The notes below the pieces were generated by a model. It was not told the DNA's origin, searched no databases, and saw only the letters and a program-made list of their open reading frames with translations. Below are positions 55,824 through 64,000 of a stretch of DNA of 64,000 bases, piece by piece. The stretch lies in the NCBI GenBank assembly GCA_964016885.1, contig OZ024765.1, positions 9,920,001 to 9,984,000 on the forward strand, read 5' to 3'. Made by a program: the position numbers and the translations under genes. The stretch's first letter is position 1; each line of letters opens with the position of its first letter. Source of the DNA: Eledone cirrhosa (taxonomy: Eukaryota).

Positions 55824-55868
55824 GCTCTGAAGACTCCAAGCCTCGGTTTCGAAGAAACAATTGTAAGT
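55824..55868 (+). ncRNA. Hammerhead-like motif (imperfect stem II)
   Basis: gct-CTGAAGA-ctccaagcctcggtttcgaa-GAAA-caattg-TA-agt. Confidence 0.6.
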
Positions 55869-55915
55869 GAATAAATGTTTTGAACATAGCTTTGATTCTT
55901 GTGAATTCTATATAC

Positions 55916-55964
<49 letters not shown>

Positions 55965-56346
55965 TAAATTTAGTCCTTCATCAGTGATGTTGCAGCCTTC
56001 ATTGGTATTTCATCGCTTTAAAGACCATATACCTCTGGTTGGTGCGAGCAACGGCTAAAGAAAGTCGTTGGGACACGTAAATAGGGGGAACGAGCGAGAC
56101 AGTAAACAAACAAAGTTGGTAATGCAACAAAAAGTGAGGAAGAAGGAGTCAAGTCGCTGAAATCGATGAACATAAGTTCTGTGAAATCGTAGACGAGAGA
56201 GAATAAAGACCATCCAACCTGGTCGAAGTGTGAGCGAGGAAAGAATTTCGCACAGGTCAAACGGGAGGAAGAAGGAGTCAAGTCCCTGAAATCGATGAAC
56301 ATAAGTTCTGTGAAATCGTAGACGAGAGAGAATAAAGACCATCCGA

Positions 56347-56391
<45 letters not shown>

Positions 56392-56394
<3 letters not shown>

Positions 56395-56616
56395 CGAAGG
56401 AAATGTGGTAAGGAACCAGGTGGACCATAACGCACCAAAGTACTCAATACTTGGGGTAGTATAGTGGGTAATAGGAACCAGTAAGACCCCGACGGCTGAG
56501 CTCAAGCCGTTTCGACGGCTAATTCTGGACTAGAATTAGCCGACGGCTAATTCTGGACTCCAGAATTAGCCGTCGAAATGGCTTGAGCTCAGCCGTCGGG
56601 GTCTTACTGGTTCCTA
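56392..56616. mobile_element. Family A fold-back element
   Basis: Reverse orientation of 3165-3372, with a local duplication at the fold point. Confidence 0.75.
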
Positions 56617-56795
56617 TATATATATATAAGGGATAACAAAATATTGTTATAGGTAATCCAGTTAGAGGTTGTGAATACTTATTATTATGGATAGTTTTAG
56701 CGTACAGCTTTGTTTGACTCAACAAGAGGTTTCCTTAGTTAGGTGGCAAGTTTATGATTTAAGTTGTATTCCTATATAAGTTTATCTTGGAGTAA

Positions 56796-57002
56796 TAAAA
56801 TTGAAAAAATGTGAAGAAAAACATGGTCAACAGTACAAAAAAGGGGAATTTATTTACGGTCTAACAATTGTTTCTATGATTGAATGGCACTGCTTCTAGT
56901 GTTCAGCAATTTTTAGACAACTCAATCATAGAAACAATTGTTAGACCGTAAATAAATTCCCCTTTTTTGTACTGTTGACCATGTTATTCTTCACATTTTT
57001 TC

Positions 57003-57010
<8 letters not shown>
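56796..57010. repeat. Fold-back element next to (TA)n
   Basis: ~88-bp arms containing GAAA-caattg-TT close to the fold. Confidence 0.8.
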
Positions 57011-57060
<50 letters not shown>

Positions 57061-57241
57061 CAGAGGAGTTGTGGTAAGGAACCAGATGGACCATAACGCA
57101 CCAGAGTATTCAATACTTAGGGTAGTAGAGTCGGTAATAGGAGAGAGTATGACCCCAACGACGACTATTTCTGGACTCCAGATAAAGCCCTTATTGTACA
57201 GCCAACCATGTTAATCTACTTTCTTTATATATATATATATA

Positions 57242-57293
57242 AGGATTCCTGGCTTTCACCCAGGCAGCCCGGGTTCGATTCCCGGCATGGGAA
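57242..57293 (+). pseudogene. 5'-truncated tRNA-Glu(TTC) copy fused to a LINE tail
   Basis: aggattcctggCTTTCACccaggcagcccgggttcgattcccggcatgggaa: anticodon stem cctgg/ccagg with TTC, T-arm ccggg-ttcgatt-cccgg, 3' acceptor strand; the 5' acceptor strand and A-box are absent. Confidence 0.85.
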
Positions 57294-58156
57294 CGTTTAT
57301 CAAGGGCGGTGCCCCAGCATGGCCTCAGCCGGATGGCTGAAACAGGTAAAAGAGAAAGTAAAAGAGAATATATATGTGAAAAAATGGGGAGAAGAATACT
57401 GCTGGTTGCACATGGATAACATGTAATAAAATAAGTCCCTCATCAGTGATTTGCCGACGATCATAGATATTTCATTGCATTAAAAATCATATACCTCACG
57501 TCGGTGCAATAATAACTAAATTAAGTTATTAGGACAATTAAAACGCGTAAAGCGAGTGAAACAAGATAACAACAAAGAGGATAGCTAACCGTAGAAGGAA
57601 GGGAACAAGCTTCATAGTTATTCTGTTAGCATAAGCTAGGTGAATATATGAGCGCTTAGAAAAAAGACCTTTCAGGAGCGAATTCAAATGTGAGAAAGAG
57701 AGAAAATGATTTCGTCGCGAACGGGGTGAAGTGAGAAGAGGAGAAACAGTGAGTGAGTGAGTGGAAGTGTGAGGAAGAGTTAACTGACATGACAGAGGGG
57801 GCGAAAGAAAGTAGGAGAAACAGAGAGAGCGAGGGAGCAGTAAGAGAGAGAGAAAAAAATATATAAAGAATGTAGAGTAACATGGTTGGCTGTACAATAA
57901 GGGCTTTATTTAAATAAAGCAAGCCCCTTGTTGTATAGCCAACCATGTTACTCTTCTTTCTTTAACTATTATTACTCCAAGTATAACCTATATAGAATTT
58001 GCTGTGAACTCGCTGCCTAACTATAGAAACATCTTGTTGAGTCAAACAAAGCCGTACGTTAAAACTATCCACGACGCGGAATACTCTAACTGGATTACCT
58101 ATAAGGATAACTTGTTATCCCATATATATATATGGGATAACATATATATATATAGA

Positions 58157-58502
58157 TGGAGGCACATAGCTTAGTGGTTAGAGCATTGGCCTTGCAATCG
58201 GAACGTCGTGAGTTCAATTCTCAGACCGGGTGATGTGTTGTTTCCTTGAGCAAGACACTTTATTTCACATTGCTCCAGTTTACTCAGCTGTAGAAATGAG
58301 ATGATAGGGACTGGGGTCCATATCATTCCACTGCAAAGTGGTCGTGGAGGTGCCACGGCAAAAAAGCACCCAGCACTCACTAAATGAGGTTGGTGTTAGA
58401 AAGGGCATCCAGCTGTAGAAATCAAGCCAGCATCAGTTCCCGCCCTACTGTTGCAAGCAGGGAAAAAGCGGACGTAAAATGAAATGATGATGAAATGATG
58501 AT
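58157..58502 (+). mobile_element. Second tRNA-derived SINE family with a CORE/Meta-like centre and (ATG)n tail
   Basis: tagcttagtggttagagc A-box, gagttcaattc B-box, gtgttgtttccttgagcaagacactt centre, aagggcatccagctgtagaaa...gatgatga tail; tail fragments also at about 25080, 51900-52100, 59465-59680(-) and 62880-63065. Confidence 0.75.
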
Positions 58503-58762
58503 ACATACATATATATATATAAATAACCAAATTAAAAGATATATGTTTATATATAGAGAGAAAGAGCCATATATCACAAGAAACACAGTATATTGTATAT
58601 ATAGAATATACATATTCTATAGAAGAATATGTATACTCTATATATATACATATATCTTTTAATTTGGTTATTATGGCTCTAGATAAAGTCTATTGAACTT
58701 ACTTATTGAGAAACACAAAATTCCTACATATTTTATGTTTTGATTCATTATTTGTATATATA

Positions 58763-59097
<335 letters not shown>

Positions 59098-60157
59098 CAG
59101 TTCATAGGATGAGTACAGTTTGAAATTAGTTCCACAACAAATTAGGAAACCATCCTTGAGGGCGCATGCTGAGAATCTGTTGGGTGAAACACGTGTCTGC
59201 GAGGAAGGTTTGGTAATTTGTTGTGGAACTAACATATACCTAATTCTTCCTATGGATTGACTCCTCTCTCTCTCTATAAATATATATATGTGTGTGTGTG
59301 TGTATTTATGTATGTATGTCTACATATATATGTATGTGTGTGTGTGTGTGTATATATGTGTGTATATATATATATATGTGAGTATATATATATGAGTAAA
59401 TATATATATATATATGTGTGTGTGGGGTGGGGGGGATGTATACATATATGTGTATGTGTGTGTGTCATCATCATCATCATCACCGTTTTATGTCCGTTCT
59501 TCCACGCTAGCATGGGTTAGACGGGTTGTCCTGTTGTGGGCAGTGTCTGGTCGGCTGACCATGCCTTGCTCATACAGGAACTGATTTGACTTGATTTCTA
59601 CAGTTGGATGCCCTTCCTAACACCAACCTCATTTACAGCGAGTGCTGGGTGTTCTTTTTGCCGTGGCACCTCCACGACCACCTTGCGGTGGGAGGGGGGG
59701 GGGGGTGTATACATATATGTGTATGTGTTTGTGTGTGTGTGTATATATATATGTGAGTATATATATATGAGTAAATATATATACATATATATATATATGT
59801 GGGGGGGGGTGTATACATATATGTGTATGTGTTTGTGTGTGTGTATATATATATATGTGGGGGGGGTGTACATATATGTGTATGTGTTTGTGTGTGTGTA
59901 TATATATATATATATATGTGAGTATATATATATGAGTAAATATATACATATATATATATATATGTGGGGGGGGGTGTATACATATATGTGTATGTGTTTG
60001 TGTGTGTGTATATATATATATGTGGGGGGAGGTGTATACATATATGTGTATGTGTTTGTGTGTGTATATATATATATATATGTGGCGGGAGGGTGTATAC
60101 ATATATGTGTATGTGTGTGTGTATATATATATATATATGTGAGTATATATATATGAG

Positions 60158-60218
<61 letters not shown>

Positions 60219-60235
60219 GTGTGTGTGTATATATA

Positions 60236-60594
60236 CAGGGTGTCATAAAAAAAATGTATGCACACTTTATATAAAATATGAACGTTTTTATTATTCAAGA
60301 CAAATTAGAAAAGCTTAGAATTTTTGGATTTATCACAGGTGTTGAAAATATTGACCAATCAGGTCCAGGTATTGCAGATAAAAGATGGATGGAATTGATG
60401 ACTTTGCGAATCATTTCATTTGGTATTTGGGCACCATCCCTTCCAATCGCATTTCACCAGGTCCCACTCACACAATTCGGTGACTTCGGTCACTATCATC
60501 TTCATTGAATGTATGAATAGCACTGGAATATATATATATAAACATTGTTTCTATAATCATTCAAACTGTGTATACAATTTTGGGGGACACCCTG
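60236..60594. mobile_element. Tc1/mariner-derived non-autonomous element, same TIR family as 21134
   Basis: ta-cagggtgtc...aaatgtatgcacacttt and aaactgtgtatacaattttgggggacaccctg-ta. Confidence 0.75.
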
Positions 60595-61028
60595 TATTCG
60601 ATCCCATGTATATCAATACTCATCCTTTTCCACTCTAGAGGGTTTTAAAAGCCCACTAACTCAGGCTAACTTTATCTAGTCAAAATACAGCAAAAGCTTT
60701 TATTTACGAAACTGGAAACATTCTCCCAATTTGTAGAAAACTTATAATGAAACAATTGTTTGGAAAGAGAAATATATTTTAACTTTAATTATATCTCATA
60801 AAATAATACAACTGGCTTTCCACAAAATACATTTAGTTAGATACTAACATATAACCTAATGTTTGTTGAGTGAGATGGTTACCAGTCGGAGTTTAGCTTT
60901 AAACTATCTCTGTTATTGTATTAAATATATATATATATATATATATATACTATCCGGGAGCTTCCAACAGTAATGGTTGCATTTTTTAAGGGTATGTCAA
61001 TATTTATTTATAAAACTGATCTATATTG

Positions 61029-61093
61029 TATTTTGTCTGATGAAAGCATACCATAATTTAACGTGGTGTCCTTGAAATATGTATAATTAAATA
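61029..61093 (+). ncRNA. Hammerhead motif, second copy of the 21.6-kb family
   Basis: tattttgt-CTGATGA-aagcatacca...tggtgtcctt-GAAA-tatgta-TA-attaaata inside a ~275-bp element at 60950-61223. Confidence 0.68.
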
Positions 61094-61402
61094 AATATGG
61101 TTTTATAAATATAGTTTCCATTTGTTAATATCGTATGTTTACTCCAAATACTTGTTGAGTGCTTTATATCAGTTATAAAAATATTTGCTTGTTGTATCCC
61201 AACAATTTAAATAGAACTTTTGCATATATATATATATATATATATATATAGTATATATAGTCATTGAGGAGGTCAAAGGTTGGTGTGACGTAAGACCTCT
61301 GACAGAAGAATAAAGATAAAGTAAAAGTTATATGGCACATGTGTTCAATTGACAAAACAACCATCCCCAAATATAACAATATGTATCTATATATAAATAT
61401 AA

Positions 61403-61456
<54 letters not shown>

Positions 61457-61842
61457 ATCAGCAAACAGCGAAAGACGCCTTCCGGACTTGTCCGACAGAC
61501 AACCTTTTCCCCCACCCCGGAAAAAAACCCCAGTTGATGGATGTGAATCCGAAATATATAGGGACTATTAAATCTCTCCCAAGGTAACTCTCTCTTGTGT
61601 TGTTGTTATTATTATTTTTATCCTTTTACTCTTCCCTTCATTCTACACATCTCACACATCTTATACACACCACAACGTACACCCACTTACATCTCTCTCT
61701 CCACCACCGGACCTTGTTACCCGGAGATTTACCCATTTGCATTGTCGAGGCTTCCAAACGACTTATACATATATATATATATATATTTTCAAGGGGGGTG
61801 CCCCAGCATGGCCTCAGCCGGATGGCTGGAACAGGTAAAAGC

Positions 61843-61892
<50 letters not shown>

Positions 61893-62151
61893 TGCTTATC
61901 TGAAAACGTGTGTTGAAACAGATATTGTTATACTTTGGGAGGGTCACGCTGCCAATAAACACATACGCACCTGTTGGTTATATATTTCCAGTTAGTTTAA
62001 TAACCGGATGGTCGTTCACTTAAACAAATAAACAATCATCTTGTTATTAAACTAACGAACCGGAAACTTATAACCAATTGAAGTGAAAATCAACAGGTGC
62101 GAGTGTTTTTATTGGCAGCTTGACCCTCGCAAAGTGTAACAATATATATAA

Positions 62152-62895
62152 ACAAAAAGCACCCAGTCCACTCTGTAAAGTGGTCATGTAGGAGTCATGA
62201 CAAAAAGCCCCCAGTCCACACTGTAAAGTAGTCATGTTGGTGTCACGACAAAAAGCACCCAGCCCACACTGTAAAGTGGTCATGTAGGAGTCATGACAAA
62301 AAGCACCCAGTCCACACTGTAAAGTAGTCATGTTGGTGTCACGACAAAAAGCACCCAGCCCACACTGTAAAGTGGTCATGTAGGAGTCATGACAAAAAGC
62401 ACCCAGTCCACACTGTAAAGTAATCATGTTGGTGTCACGACAAAAAGCCCCAGTCCACACTGTAAAGTGGTCGTGTAGGTGTCATGACAAAAAGCACCCA
62501 GTCCACACTGTAAAGTGGTCGTGTAGGTGTCATGACAAAAAGCCCCAGTCCACACTGTAAAGTGGTCGTGTAGGTGTCATGACAAAAAGCCCCAGTCCAC
62601 ACTGTAAAGTGGTCGTGTAGGTGTCATGACAAAAAGCACCCAGTCCACACTGTAAAGTAATCATGTAGGTGTCATGACAAAAAGCACCCAACCCACACAG
62701 TAAAGTGGTCGTGTAGGTGTCATGACAAAAAGCACCCAGTCCACACTGTAAAGTAATCATGTAGGTGTCATGACAAAAAGCACCCAGTCCACACTGTAAA
62801 GTAATCATGTAGGTGTCATGACAAAAAGCACCCAACCCACACAGTAAAGTGGTCGTGTAGGTGTCATGACAAAAAGCACCCAGTACTCACTGTAA
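62152..62895. repeat. ~47-48-bp minisatellite from the same SINE segment
   Basis: caaaaagcacccagtccacactgtaaagtggtcgtgtaggtgtcatga, about 15 copies, followed by the SINE tail to 63065. Confidence 0.95.
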
Positions 62896-63242
62896 ATGTG
62901 GTTGGCACTAGGAAGGGCATCCAGACTTAGAAATCTATCCAAAAATAGTTGTATACGAGCAAGACATGGTCACCTGACCTAACTTGCCTCAAATGGGACA
63001 ACCTGTCTGACCCATGCTAGAATGGAAAATGGAGGCTAAATGATGATGATGATGATGATGATGACGCTCCTTTGTTGGAAAATATACATACACAACCATG
63101 CTCCGTTGGATGTGCAATGTAAATGTGAGAGAGAAGCAGAGGTTGGAGGAGTTGAAGGAGGAGTAGGGTTTAAGAGGAACCTGAGGTGGTGTGTAGGAGA
63201 GAAGACTGCATTAAAAGTTTATGATGATGATGATATACATAC

Positions 63243-63334
63243 GCTATTACTGTGAGACCGATTATATATGTCTTTGGGACTCGCCAGACCAGAACTGTTA
63301 GCATGATCCTCTCCCCATACATAATTTTCCTCAT
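63243..63334 (-). CDS. PANK4: PANK4 internal exon (linker after the PanK-like domain), xDEENYVWGEDHANSSGLASPKDIYNRSHSNS
   Basis: tttcttgtttAG acceptor and GTatgt donor; 92 nt (2+90); resembles the vertebrate PANK4 YSWGENYAGSSGL segment and joins in phase 0 to the 53697 exon. Upstream exons lie beyond the window. Confidence 0.85.
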
Positions 63335-63359
63335 CTAAACAAGAAAGAAAACAAATTAT

Positions 63360-64000
63360 ACCAGACAATGTCATAAGTTAACCAGATGTGACCCAGACAA
63401 TGTCACAAGTTAGTAGTAATATGTGACCCAAACATGTAATAACTTACTTATCATATGTGAGCCAGACAATGTCACAAGTTACTTATCATATGTGAGCCAG
63501 ACAATGTCACTAGTTACTTATCACATGTGAGCCAGACAATGTCATAAGTTACTTATCATATGTGAGCCAGACAATGTCACTAGTTACTTATCATATGTGG
63601 GCCAGACAATGTCATAAGTTACTTATCATGTGTGAGCCAGACAATGTCACTAGTTACTTATCATATGTGAGCCAGACAATGTCACTAGTTACTTATCATA
63701 TGTGAGCCAGACAATGTCACTAGTTACTTATCACATGTGAGCCAGACAATGTCATAAGTTACTTATCATATGTGAGCCAGACAATGTCACTAGTTACTTA
63801 TCATATGTGGGCCAGACAATGTCATAAGTTACTTATCATATGTGAGCCAGACAATGTCACTAGTTACTTATCATATGTGGGCCAGACAATGTCATAAGTT
63901 ACTTATCATATGTGAGCCAGACAATGTCACTAGTTACTTATCATATGTGAGCCAGACAATGTCATAAGTTACTTATCATATGTGGGCCAGACAATGTCAT
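63360..64000. repeat. 35-bp intronic minisatellite running off the window
   Basis: agttacttatcatatgtgagccagacaatgtcact/ta. Confidence 0.96.

Noticed and set aside
57242-57293. Functional tRNA-Glu gene
   Set aside because: First ~20 nt (5' acceptor strand, A-box) are missing, replaced by (TA)n
55966-57460. Additional hammerheads at CTGATGA (- strand, about 55985 and 57447)
   Set aside because: The core start is present but truncated before GAAA, so these were not called as ribozymes

Overview
Eukaryotic, repeat-saturated genomic DNA. The SINE families, (TA)n/(CA)n/(GA)n density and LINE tails point to a coleoid cephalopod, probably an octopus (inference). Two genes are supported. The first is an intronless C2H2 zinc-finger ORF (+, 9985-12141). 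The second is the last eight coding exons of PANK4 (- strand, 63334 to 26989; linker plus DUF89/ARMT1-like phosphatase domain), which I spliced by hand with GT-AG sites and consistent phases. One PANK4 intron holds an ~18.7-kb hierarchical 22-bp satellite. The rest is microsatellites, minisatellites (35, 40, 44, 49, 79, 87, ~137 bp), tRNA-derived SINEs, CR1- and RTE-type LINE ends, Tc1/mariner-type MITEs and probable non-autonomous Helitrons. The most interesting signal is a set of short, mutually unrelated fold-back elements sitting in (TA)n tracts. Many carry a minimal type I hammerhead ribozyme core (stem I-CTGANGA-stem II-GAAA-palindromic stem III-TH-stem I'), as expected for Penelope-like-element pseudo-LTR derivatives. 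In one family every copy folds back at the same point in the putative stem II. Also notable are a tRNA-Glu/LINE-tail chimera, a twin-priming-type inverted RTE insertion and a LINE 3' end flanked by a 99-bp duplication. Most ORFs in the supplied track are microsatellite artefacts.
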